A stretch of DNA of 55,297 bases from Opitutia bacterium (GTDB taxonomy: Bacteria > Verrucomicrobiota > Verrucomicrobiia > Opitutales > JANOBW01), in assembly GCA_031411855.1 (NCBI GenBank), contig JANOBW010000412.1, positions 1-55,297 of the forward strand, read 5' to 3'. This document shows, one piece after another, positions 49,301 through 55,297 of the stretch. Position numbers and translations under genes: made by a program. A model generated the notes under the pieces. It had not been told where the DNA came from. It was given only the letters and a program-made list of their open reading frames with translations, and made no database searches. Position 1 is the stretch's first letter. Each line of letters starts with the position of its first letter.

Positions 49301-49359
49301 AGGCAACGATTCCCGCCACCGGTTCCAGCCGATTCCTACGCCTGCGGGTCACCCGCTGA
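40351..49359 (+). CDS. Giant secreted RCC1-repeat / FN3-like surface protein (~3,000 aa) with DPDGDG/RFLR C-terminal domain
   Basis: Start MIFRLLSVA (signal peptide). Four RCC1 propellers (HSLALCSDGTVAAWGxNxxGQLG), each preceded by a ...ANYYGGxGNDLVLxWK domain; nine FN3-like modules (ERG..YA...GL.PGT.YSFKAYATNAAGT). Confidence 0.9.
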   Translation: MIFRLLSVALIHAICLGFLFLSNVRADITASFNSASDVGVVSAGYTASGTASFSLNFSPLPGTDLMVVKNTELGFISGRFDNLAQGQDLVLTYGGINYSFVANYYDGTGNDLVLVWKFKKPQSLINNNSGPVLATTTGALSGKTVLSMATGGSHFLALCSDGTIAAWGSNSHGQLGNGNTLVSSEPVAVTSTGVLSGKTIVAVAAGYLHSLALCSDGTVAAWGIANALGNNSSGTYAVAEPVAVTSSGALSGKTVVSVSAGDTFSLALCSDGTLAAWGLSSYGQLGNNSYSSSGVPVAVTTTDALAGKTVVSISAGQYHSMALCSDGSVSTWGRNISGQLGNNTKINSTVPVAVVNTGDLSGKTVVAVAAGELHSLALCSDGTVFSWGNNNSGQLGNGSKISSSVPVAVTTAGVLSGKTVVAINAGNARSLALSSDGEAYMWGGGVSEVPVAVSSISKLSSERFVKLSVGSLGSFSFVLLAGPPIPQIDAPTIDTKSPTSSTFGANVTSDFGNAIIERGIVYAPTAINGNPTLGGTGVTKLSIGGSLGNFNAEVSGLSPGNLYSISAYASNAAGTGYSKPVSFIPSLGSVEKTFGDASDVAVTVQINDPVLIEGSAAFTLNFSPLPGTELVVVKNTGLGFITGRYSNLAQGQEVILDFGGINYTFVAHYYGGTGNDLVLVWKNSRPISWGWNSAGQLGNGSFVNSSVPLAVVNSGVLAGKTIVAFASGYRHTLALCSDGTVAAWGDNEYGQLGNSSTTDSSVPVAVTTSGALAGKTVVAISAGYYHSLALCSDGTVTTWGRNDYGQLGNNSIPASFVPVTLANLGVLAGKTVVAIAAGSLHNLALCSDRTVASWGRNDYGQLGNNSTTDSTVPVAVLAGKTVAAIAAGSSHSFALHSDGTLAGWGRNDYGQIGNDSTSNSLVPAAVATGTNTGTTALYLKTVVAIAVGYDHTIALCSDGTVATWGSNYYGQLGNNSSTASLTPVAITTSGVLSGKTVVAISAGFTHSLALCSDGSVASWGYGLNGQLGNNSTVSSPVPVAINNSTLTVGERFNKITSSARASLSLSLAAAPLTPALSLFPKTSNISSTGATLGGNVTSDNGNAITERGFVYAPTATNSNPALGGTGVTKLTVMGSTGEFTAVVAGLSPGTSYSFKAYAVNAAGTAYSQAGILATLGPAPVIASPPTVSAISALGVTFRGEVISDGGSTISERGVVLAPTATNTNPVLGGVAVTKLTAGNGTGIFTVEATGLIPGTSYSFKAFATNAAGTTYSSLSTFTPSVQSLSKVFGASSEVGISLVSSTPVQISGTASLSLNFAPQPGTELMVIKNTGLGFISGRFDNLAHGKDVILSYGGVNYSFVANYYGGSGNDLVLAWKNIHPLAWGLNFDGQLGNNSTYNSSLPVVVTKPDVLSGKTMVGLATGYSHSLGLCSDGTVVAWGRNQNGQLGNNFPADSFVPVAVNNTGVLSGKTVVAIAAGFSHNLALCSDGTIAAWGLNNRGQLGNNSTVDSPVPITVAANGALTGKTVVSVAAGSQHSLALCSDGTIAAWGGNDFGQLGDNSTAGSSVPVAVTTTGVLSGKTVVTISAGSFHSLALCADGTVATWGFNESGQLGNNSTISSALPVAITNNGVLSGKTVVAIAAGFAHSLALKSDGTVACWGLNSSGQLGVGSTTNRSLPVSVDVSGALKNKTVVSVAAGYNHALVICSDGTLISWGNNDYGQLGNGTTTYSSRPLVVSSSGLATGERFAKMVVGARSYHSLSLVAEPPAPALSLLPTSANISNISATLGGSVRGDGGSPVIKRGVIYAATSINSDPVLGGTGVAKSSSSGTTGDFAVDVSGLLPGVVYSFKAYATNAAGTAYSQAGTFTTLGPAPALAPPPTVTNISSLSATLGSDVMSIGASPVTERGLIYAASSANVNPMLGGAGVTKLTVSGDTGIFTVVASGLSPSTSYSFKAYATNANGTSYTQVGTFTTLGQYPVFSSGILPRVDNITPLGATLGGDVLKEGASSIIERGFVYAPSTVNDNPFLGGIGVTKITVSGTVGVFSNEVIGLSPGTNYRFKAYATNAAGTTYGSSRTFITLGPTPHLELISTADNLSATSASLRGGVISDGGFPITERGFIYAPSARNGDPLLGGTGVSIFSIAGGTDSFSSMVTGLLPGTSYSFKAYSTNAAGTTYSQVGTFTTTGPAPVLVSTPTANDFTTSSVTLGGEVIWDNGSTVTERGIVHAPTATNSNPVLGGLGVTKLSVSGTTGVFTAEVTGLMRDTSYSFKAFATNAAGTTYTNFATFTPLIQDLTKTFGASSEVGISVFSSKPVSISGTASLSLNFVPQPGTELVVTKNTGLGFISGRFENLAQGQDVTLVYDGITYSFVANYYGGSGNDLVLVWKNRRPFAWGDNSSGQIGDGSTAARSVPINVNTTGYLSGKTVVAVAAGTIHSLALCSDGTVAAWGNNSNGQLGDGSNTASSVPVAVHTAGVLSGKTVVAVAAGYNTSSALCSDGSVVAWGRNDYGQLGNNSLVDRAVPVAVTSTGALSGKTFVAISVGYRHSLALCSDGTIAAWGANFSGQLGNGSTDNSPVPVVVSPSGVLAGRAIVAISAGVSHNLALCSDGTIATWGDNSYGQLGNNSTTNSPVPVEVSGSIPVFSKTPVAIFAGGAHSHALYSDGTVASWGSNSYGELGDSSTSNSSAPVAVRISGPVSGNHPVLISGGYSHSLALCSDGTVAVWGSNSKGQLGNNSASDRPVPVAVSTSGLTTGERFTRIASGSSAYHSLALVASSLAPVVSTPTLDKINSGWVTFGGNVTSDNGNPITERGFVYALSAVNSNPTLNGAGVSKLIAGGTTGVFTLNVTGLITETSYSFRAYATNAAGTTYSSVPSFLTPPLSDTLADYLAAAGIPVAQRGPDADPDGDGLTNLLEYALGLAPNTSSNNGLPDTVFESGNLSLTYRQAVGDVSYVVEVSSLPFDTTGWTKVGVNQGTPDISGVTKATIPATGSSRFLRLRVTR

Positions 49360-49631
49360 AACAGGGGCTGGGGTCCGGTAACATATTTGTTCCAGACGTC
49401 GGATATAGCCTCTGATCCCGCCGGCTTTGAAGACAGCCAATGAATCATGGTCCACATTCAATTCCTCTCTAGAAACAACTGGGCATAACCTTTACGACGG
49501 CGGTCTTACTTTCTGTCATTTTTCCGGGCAACCCCACAACTCCTCATCAATCCAGTCCAATGTCCTTTCGACAGCTTCCCGCCGCCCGTCTCCTCACCCT
49601 CGCGGCTTGCACCCGTCTTGAAGTCGCCCCA

Positions 49632-49655
49632 GGCATCGAGATCGTCCGCGAGTGA
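49632..49655 (+). repeat. 24-bp direct repeat, right copy
   Basis: Identical to 39324-39347; degenerate similarity extends upstream (TGAAGTC...GCCCC). Confidence 0.85.
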
Positions 49656-49886
49656 GCGGGCTAGTTTGAAACACACATCGTTGCTGACTCACGTCCATCT
49701 TCCCAGTCGTAGGGGAAACCTCGCACCCTCTGCACCTTCCGTAAAAGCACGTTTTCCGCGCACTCAAACCATCCTCCATAACCTGCCTTGAATGATCAGC
49801 GGTTATCTGCGGTCATTAGCGTTCTTCCGTTGCCTTTCAGAACGATCCCTCAGTCACAAAACACCCGCCCCTTTTAACCAAGCCTC

Positions 49887-52790
49887 ATGCGTCCCCGCCT
49901 CACCTCTTCACTTCTTCTCCTTCTCTCCTCCTCTTGTTTCGCGCTGACCACGGCGGGTCTCCGCCTTGAGCACCTGCCCAACCCCGAGGGTGTCGAGACC
50001 GCCGCGCCGCGTTTCTCCTGGCAGGTCGCCTCACCCGCCACCGGGGCCGCGCAAACCGCCTACCGTCTGCTGGTGGCGTCGTCCCCGGAGAAACTGGCCG
50101 CCGACACCGGCGACCTCTGGGACACCGGCAAGGTCGCTTCCAACAACACGCTCCTTATCGCCTACGAGGGTAAGCCGCTGGCCTCGGGCCAGGCCGCGTT
50201 TTGGAAGGTCCAGGTCTGGGATGAGAAGGACCAGCCCTCGGCCTGGAGCGAGCCGGCCCGCTGGAGCATGGGCCTCCTCAAACCTGAGGACTGGACCGCC
50301 CAATGGATCAGTTTCAAGGACACCTCGCCGCTCCACACCGACCGCGCCAAACTTTTCCTCCCGCCGGCCCACCACTACCGCAAGGACTTCAAGACGGCCT
50401 CCCCGGTGGTCCGCGCCACGCTTTACTCCTCGGCCCTCGGCCTGGGCGACCTCTACCTCAACGGCCAGCGGGTGACGGAAAACTACTTCGAGCCCGGCTG
50501 GTCCGACTACGTCCAGCGCGCCTATTACCGCACCCACGACGTGACCAAACTCGTCCGCAACGGCGACAACCGCCTCGGGGCCATCGTGGCCGACGGCTGG
50601 TATGCCGGCTATGTCGGTTACAGCCTGCTCGTCGGCTACGGCCCCCAGAAAAACGGGCGTAACCACTACGGAAAAACACCGGCCCTCCTCGCGCAACTCG
50701 TTCTGGAACATGCTGATGGCTCCCGCGAAGTCGTCGCCACCGACAACACCTGGGAAACCTCCGGGGACGGCCCCGTCCGCGAGGCCGACTTCCTCATGGG
50801 GGAAAACTTCGACGCTTCCCGGGAGGACGCCAACTGGTGCGTCCCCGCGTCCCTTCCCCGCCAGGCCCGTTCCCCCGCCCCGGCCTGGAAATGGGAAACC
50901 GCCATCAACGCCGGGGACAACGGCCCCCTGAAGGCGAAGTTTTTCGAGTCCGGCACGCAGCGCGACATCGAGCTCGGTTTCCAAAAGCCCGCCAAGCTGG
51001 CCACCTACACCGCCCCGCCCATCCGCGTGACCCAGGAACTGGCCCCGAAAAAGATCACCGAACCCAAGCCCGGTGTTTACCTCTTCGACTTCGGCCAGAA
51101 CTTCGCCGGCAACGTCCGCCTCTCCGTCAAGGGTGAGGCCGGCACCAAAATCACCCTCCGCTACGGCGAGATGCTCCATCCCGACGGCACGCTCATGACG
51201 GAAAACCTCCGCAAGGCCCGCGCCACCGACACCTATGTCCTGGCCGGTGGCGGCGAGGCCTCCAAGGCGGGGCGCGGAGTCGAGACGTGGACGCCTCGGT
51301 TCACCTACCATGGTTTCCAATATGTTGAGGTTAGCGGACTTAAGGAAAAGCCCGACCTCGGCCTCCTCACCGGCCTTGTCCTCCACAACGACACGCCCGC
51401 GACTTCCACCTTCGCCTGCTCGGACGAGGTCATGACCCAGTTTTGGAAAAACACCACCTGGACCCAGCGGGCCAACTTCATCGAGGTCCCGACGGACTGC
51501 CCCCAGCGCGACGAGCGCCTCGGCTGGATGGGCGACGCCCAGGTTTACGTCCGCACCGCCACCTACAACGCCGACACCGCCGCCTTCTACACCAAGTGGC
51601 TCGACGACCTGGCCGAGGCGCAGCGCCCGGAGGGCCCGTATCCCGATTACGCCCCCTATCCCATGGCGCACGGCAAACCGGGCCAGACCTGGGGCGTGGC
51701 CTGGACGGACGCCGGCATCATCGTGCCCTCGACCGTCTGGAAGGTTTACGGCGACACCCGCGTGATCGAACGCCAGTGGCCCTCCATGACCAAGTTCATG
51801 GAATGGCGCGCCAAACGGGCCCCCGACTTCAAGGGCAAAGGTGAGGACGGCAACCCCTGGGGCGACTGGCTCAACGTGGGGGAAACTACTCCCGTCGCCT
51901 TCATTGACGCCTGTTACTACGCCCTGGACGCCGGCCTCATGGCCGACATGGCCCAGGCCCTGGGAAAGAAGGAGGAGGCCAAAAGCTACAACCTGCTCCA
52001 GGCCCGCCTGGGGGCCACCTTCCGCAAGGATTATCTCAATCCGGACAAGACCCTCAAGGTCAACACCCAGACCGCCTACGCCCTGGCCCTCGGCGTGGGG
52101 GTGATCCCGGCCCAGCTCCACCAGCCGCTGGGAGAGCAACTGGCGAAACGTGTGCAGGCCAATGATTTCCGCATGGCCACGGGTTTCCTCGGCACCCGCT
52201 CCCTCCTGCCGTCCCTCACCCTCACCGGCCAGCACGACCTGGCCGTCCGCCTTTTCCAGAGCCGCCGTTTCCCCTCCTGGGGCTACGAGGTCGCCAACGG
52301 GGCCACGAGCGTGTGGGAACGCTGGGACAGTTTCACCAAGGAGCACGGCTTCAACGGCACCGACGGCAAGCAGAACGCCGCCATGAACTCCTTCAGCCAC
52401 TATTCCTTCGGCGCCGTCATGGGCTGGGGTTTCCGCGACCTGGCCGGGATTGACATGGCCGAGCCCGGCTACCGCCGCTTCCTGCTCAAACCCCAGCCCC
52501 CGCGCCCCGGCTCCAACCCCGAAAACAAGCCGCTGGACTGGGTCAGGGCCTCCTACGACTCGCCCGTGGGCACGGTCTCCGTCTCCTGGAAGGTGGAGGG
52601 GAAAAACTTTGTTTACGAAGCAACCCTGCCGGCCAACACCACGGCCGAGCTGCACCTCCCGGCCCGGACCGCCATCTCCCTCGAGCGCATCAACGGCCAG
52701 ACCGGCGGCAAAATCGTCCGCAATGTGAACGGCGTGGCCGTCCTGGATCTCACCTCGGGCCCCCACCGGATCACCACCGAGCTGCCCTGA
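49887..52790 (+). CDS. Alpha-L-rhamnosidase (GH78, full-length)
   Basis: N-terminal Ig (PRFSW...QTAYRLLVAS...DLWDTGKV); FDFGQNFAG; FTYHGFQYVE; PTDCPQRDERLGWMGD; GATSVWERW; MNSFSHY. Confidence 0.94.
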   Translation: MRPRLTSSLLLLLSSSCFALTTAGLRLEHLPNPEGVETAAPRFSWQVASPATGAAQTAYRLLVASSPEKLAADTGDLWDTGKVASNNTLLIAYEGKPLASGQAAFWKVQVWDEKDQPSAWSEPARWSMGLLKPEDWTAQWISFKDTSPLHTDRAKLFLPPAHHYRKDFKTASPVVRATLYSSALGLGDLYLNGQRVTENYFEPGWSDYVQRAYYRTHDVTKLVRNGDNRLGAIVADGWYAGYVGYSLLVGYGPQKNGRNHYGKTPALLAQLVLEHADGSREVVATDNTWETSGDGPVREADFLMGENFDASREDANWCVPASLPRQARSPAPAWKWETAINAGDNGPLKAKFFESGTQRDIELGFQKPAKLATYTAPPIRVTQELAPKKITEPKPGVYLFDFGQNFAGNVRLSVKGEAGTKITLRYGEMLHPDGTLMTENLRKARATDTYVLAGGGEASKAGRGVETWTPRFTYHGFQYVEVSGLKEKPDLGLLTGLVLHNDTPATSTFACSDEVMTQFWKNTTWTQRANFIEVPTDCPQRDERLGWMGDAQVYVRTATYNADTAAFYTKWLDDLAEAQRPEGPYPDYAPYPMAHGKPGQTWGVAWTDAGIIVPSTVWKVYGDTRVIERQWPSMTKFMEWRAKRAPDFKGKGEDGNPWGDWLNVGETTPVAFIDACYYALDAGLMADMAQALGKKEEAKSYNLLQARLGATFRKDYLNPDKTLKVNTQTAYALALGVGVIPAQLHQPLGEQLAKRVQANDFRMATGFLGTRSLLPSLTLTGQHDLAVRLFQSRRFPSWGYEVANGATSVWERWDSFTKEHGFNGTDGKQNAAMNSFSHYSFGAVMGWGFRDLAGIDMAEPGYRRFLLKPQPPRPGSNPENKPLDWVRASYDSPVGTVSVSWKVEGKNFVYEATLPANTTAELHLPARTAISLERINGQTGGKIVRNVNGVAVLDLTSGPHRITTELP

Positions 52791-52820
52791 GGCGGAAAAG
52801 TCCCGGGCCGGACACGCGGC

Positions 52821-53549
52821 TCACCTCCGCGCCGTCCAGGCCGGGTCGGCAAACCTCGCCACCTCCGCCCGCCGGCGCGGATCGTCCTCCGCGAACGGCC
52901 AGGCCGCGTCCCCGGTTTCCGCTCCGGCCAGCAAGGCCAGCCTGGCCCTGAACCCCGCCTCAAAGTCCGACACGGCCACGCCCGGCAGGAGGTGGGCCGC
53001 GACCGACCCCTGGAGCAACAGGCCGGCCCGGGTGCGCCGCAGGGCCGCCCCGGCCAGTTTGCGCCCGTCGGCCGAGGCCAGGACATCGTGGGTCTCCGGC
53101 CGCTCAAAACAGACGGCCGGAGCCTGGGCGGCGACGGCGGGAAGCCCGCAGGCCTTCGCGCACGGGGCCAGCGCGGCCGGAGCAGCCAGCGCCGCCAGCG
53201 TTTCCGCCAGCGCCGCATGGACCTGGCGGTAGGTTTCCGTGGCCGGCCCTTCCGCCAGGAAATGCCCCGCAGGCACCACCAGGGTGTAGGTCCAGTCCCC
53301 GCGGTGGTCCACCAGCCCGCCCCCCGTGGGCCGCCGCACCAGGACCGCGTCCGAAGCCTCCTCCGGAATCCGCGTCCGCACCCAGCCAAGCGCCTGGAAG
53401 ACCCCGAAACTGAAGGCGGGGCTGGTCCAGCCGTAGAACCGCAGCCAGAGTGTGCCCGGACGGCAGAGTTCGAGCAAAAGGCTGTCGTCCGCCATGTTGG
53501 CGGCGGCGGAGGCCTTCCGGACAGGAAGTTGTTGGAGGAGATGAGTCAA
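52821..53549 (-). CDS. Lipoate-protein ligase A / LipM-like family protein
   Basis: NMADD.LL, LRFYGW..PAFSFG.FQ, VRRPTGGGLVDH, CF...ETHDV, GRKLAGAA and LLQGS motifs. Confidence 0.88.
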   Translation of the reverse strand: MTHLLQQLPVRKASAAANMADDSLLLELCRPGTLWLRFYGWTSPAFSFGVFQALGWVRTRIPEEASDAVLVRRPTGGGLVDHRGDWTYTLVVPAGHFLAEGPATETYRQVHAALAETLAALAAPAALAPCAKACGLPAVAAQAPAVCFERPETHDVLASADGRKLAGAALRRTRAGLLLQGSVAAHLLPGVAVSDFEAGFRARLALLAGAETGDAAWPFAEDDPRRRAEVARFADPAWTARR

Positions 53550-53683
53550 ACGCAGTCCAGCCTGGAGGGGTGAGATAGTTTTTGACAGGAAAAACTCCCC
53601 TGCCAGTTTGACACTCGGTCATGCCCCCCCGAGCCGGTCCAGTCGCCCCATCTTCTGGTAACCTACCTACCCCGTCATCCTGG

Positions 53684-55297
53684 ATGGAGTCGCTGGCCAC
53701 ACGTTCCCCTGTCGGCTGGGGTATCGCGGTGGGAGTGCTCCTGATGATCGCGGCCAGCCTTCCCGTCTGGGTCCAGGCCCAGTTGGTAACGCGGCGGCTG
53801 CGTGTGCTTTATCCCCAGGCCGAGGAGGACATCATGACCTGGTGGGTCACCGCCGGGGCCCTGGTCGTCGTCGCCCTGGTTTCCATCCTGGCCGGCTACA
53901 CCTCTTTCCGCTCCCGCAAAGGCGCGACCCAGCGCATCCGGGGCGAGGCTTCCGCCCTGGAGGCGCTCAGCCGCTCGGAGGCCAAACTTCAATCGGCCTC
54001 CCGCATCGCCCGGCTGGGCTACGGGGAGGTGGACCTGGAGGACGGGATGCTGACCTGGACGCCCGAGGTTTACAAGGTCCACGGCTTCACCGACCTGGGG
54101 CTCCGCCTCACCGCCTCCGAATACCTCGACCACGTCCTTCCCGAAGACCGCCCCCTGCTCGCGCCTTTTCTGCAAACCCTGGGCCGCCGCGGCGGCGCGG
54201 CCCGCTATGAATACCGCTTCCGCGATCCCGCCGGCCGCCTCCGCTGGATTTACAGCGAATGGATCACCCCGCTGGAGGGACCCGGCGTGCCGCAGGATGC
54301 CTTTGGCATCTACCAGGACGTGACCGAGCGCAAAAACGCCGAGGAGCGCCTCCGCAGCGACGAGCGCCTCATGCGTTCGCTGGCCGAGGTCAACGGCCTC
54401 CTGCTCCGCTACAACCGCGAGCCGGAAATCCTCGCCGACGTGCTCCGACAGCTCGGGGTGGCCGCCGAATGCGACCGCGTCCACTACATCGGCCTGCACC
54501 CCCACTCCGGGCACGGCGGCCCGGCCGCCACCATCGAGTCCGAATGGTGCAGCTCGCGCGTCAAACCGGTCGCCTCCCACCCGCTGCTGAACAACGCCGA
54601 CCTGACCGAGATGAAACTGACGGAGACGCTCGGCATCGTCATGGCGGGCGGGGAAATCTGCGGGCCCGCCGCCGTCCTGGGCCGGGCCGAAGCCTCGCTC
54701 ATGCAGCTCTTCGACGTCCGCTCCATCCTCGTCCTGCCCGTCATGGTGGCGCGCGAATGCCGCGGCATCCTCTGCTTCCACGACTGCGGGGAAAGCCGGC
54801 TCTGGACCACCAGCGAACGCGCCTCCCTCCGCACCGTGGCCAACACCCTCGGCCTCGCCCTCAAACGCCTGGAAACGGAACGCAACCTCGAGACTTCCCG
54901 CCTGTTTTTCCAGGAAACCCTCGACCAGCAGCAGGGCCTCACCGCCCGCTACCGCAAACTCAACGGCCAGTTTGTCCACACCCTCTTCCGCGGACGCCTC
55001 GCCCGCAAGATCGGCTATTCCGAGGAGGACATGGTGGGCCGCCCGGTGGACGACCTCTTCCCCCCCGACCGCCTCCACGAACGCCTCTCCTACTTCGAAA
55101 CGGCCTGGTCCGGCCAGGCCGTCAGCTACGAGACCAACTACAACGACGGCCGCATCCAGGTCCTGGCCCAGCTCGAACCCCTCTACGAAAACGGCAAGGT
55201 CACCGAGATCATCGGCTCCTGCATCGAGATCACCGATCTGAAAAAGGCCGCCGACGCCCTCCAGAAAGCTTTCGAGGAACTGACCGAATCCAAGGAC
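53684..55297 (+). CDS. Membrane-bound PAS-GAF-PAS sensor (probably histidine kinase), 3'-truncated
   Basis: Frame is open to the window end (alternative ATG at 53621). Two TM helices; RIARLGYGEVDL...LTWTPEVY PAS ending QDVTERK; GAF (VRSILVLPV...GILCFHD); second PAS ending EITDLK. Confidence 0.85.
   Translation, partial: MESLATRSPVGWGIAVGVLLMIAASLPVWVQAQLVTRRLRVLYPQAEEDIMTWWVTAGALVVVALVSILAGYTSFRSRKGATQRIRGEASALEALSRSEAKLQSASRIARLGYGEVDLEDGMLTWTPEVYKVHGFTDLGLRLTASEYLDHVLPEDRPLLAPFLQTLGRRGGAARYEYRFRDPAGRLRWIYSEWITPLEGPGVPQDAFGIYQDVTERKNAEERLRSDERLMRSLAEVNGLLLRYNREPEILADVLRQLGVAAECDRVHYIGLHPHSGHGGPAATIESEWCSSRVKPVASHPLLNNADLTEMKLTETLGIVMAGGEICGPAAVLGRAEASLMQLFDVRSILVLPVMVARECRGILCFHDCGESRLWTTSERASLRTVANTLGLALKRLETERNLETSRLFFQETLDQQQGLTARYRKLNGQFVHTLFRGRLARKIGYSEEDMVGRPVDDLFPPDRLHERLSYFETAWSGQAVSYETNYNDGRIQVLAQLEPLYENGKVTEIIGSCIEITDLKKAADALQKAFEELTESKD

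Noticed and set aside
2171-52766. Very long antisense ORFs (e.g. 2171-4231, 4868-6937, 21236-23551, 50031-52766, and 53675-55078 beyond)
   Set aside because: They mirror real genes in register. Strong C-ending codon bias removes antisense stops, and the products are G/V/E-rich with no motifs.
1-55297. tRNA, rRNA, integrase or transposase genes
   Set aside because: None was recognisable by eye; a tRNAscan/Infernal run would be needed to exclude small RNAs.

Overview
High-GC, C-rich coding DNA, most likely from a Verrucomicrobiota (Opitutae-like) genome, judged from the PEP-CTERM tag, a PVC-type CxxCH/HEAT protein, DUF1080 and SD-less starts. Layout: (1) 1-19.4 kb is a co-oriented surface-protein and sulfated-glycan cluster: three autotransporter-associated beta-strand-repeat proteins, an FAD oxidoreductase, three sulfatases and a multidomain esterase. 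(2) 19.5-34.8 kb is largely housekeeping: a vsr remnant, an aminotransferase, dsbD, an ECF sigma/anti-sigma/DUF3106-like operon, a HAD hydrolase, prfA, ppnP, a PVC heme/HEAT gene split by one in-frame TAG, DUF1080 and ybaB-recR. (3) 34.9-37.5 kb is a small accessory patch with a Wzz-like gene, a degenerate SASA-like gene and Phd-VapC. (4) Two GH78 rhamnosidase genes flank a ~10.3 kb lower-GC block bounded by a 24-bp direct repeat that carries a ~3,000-aa RCC1/FN3 protein. (5) A lipoate-ligase-family gene and a truncated PAS/GAF sensor end the window. The best candidate for an undescribed system is a ~120-140 aa C-terminal domain (ADxDxDGxxNxxEYAxxxxP ... RFxR[LI]) on four secreted proteins from three unrelated families. 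It stands in place of PEP-CTERM on one of two adjacent paralogs, which suggests a protein-sorting signal with signs of DNA-level module grafting. Also notable: a 223-bp MITE-like family, several short-repeat hairpin families, and none of 28 genes ending in TAG. All family assignments come from motif recognition by eye, not database searches.
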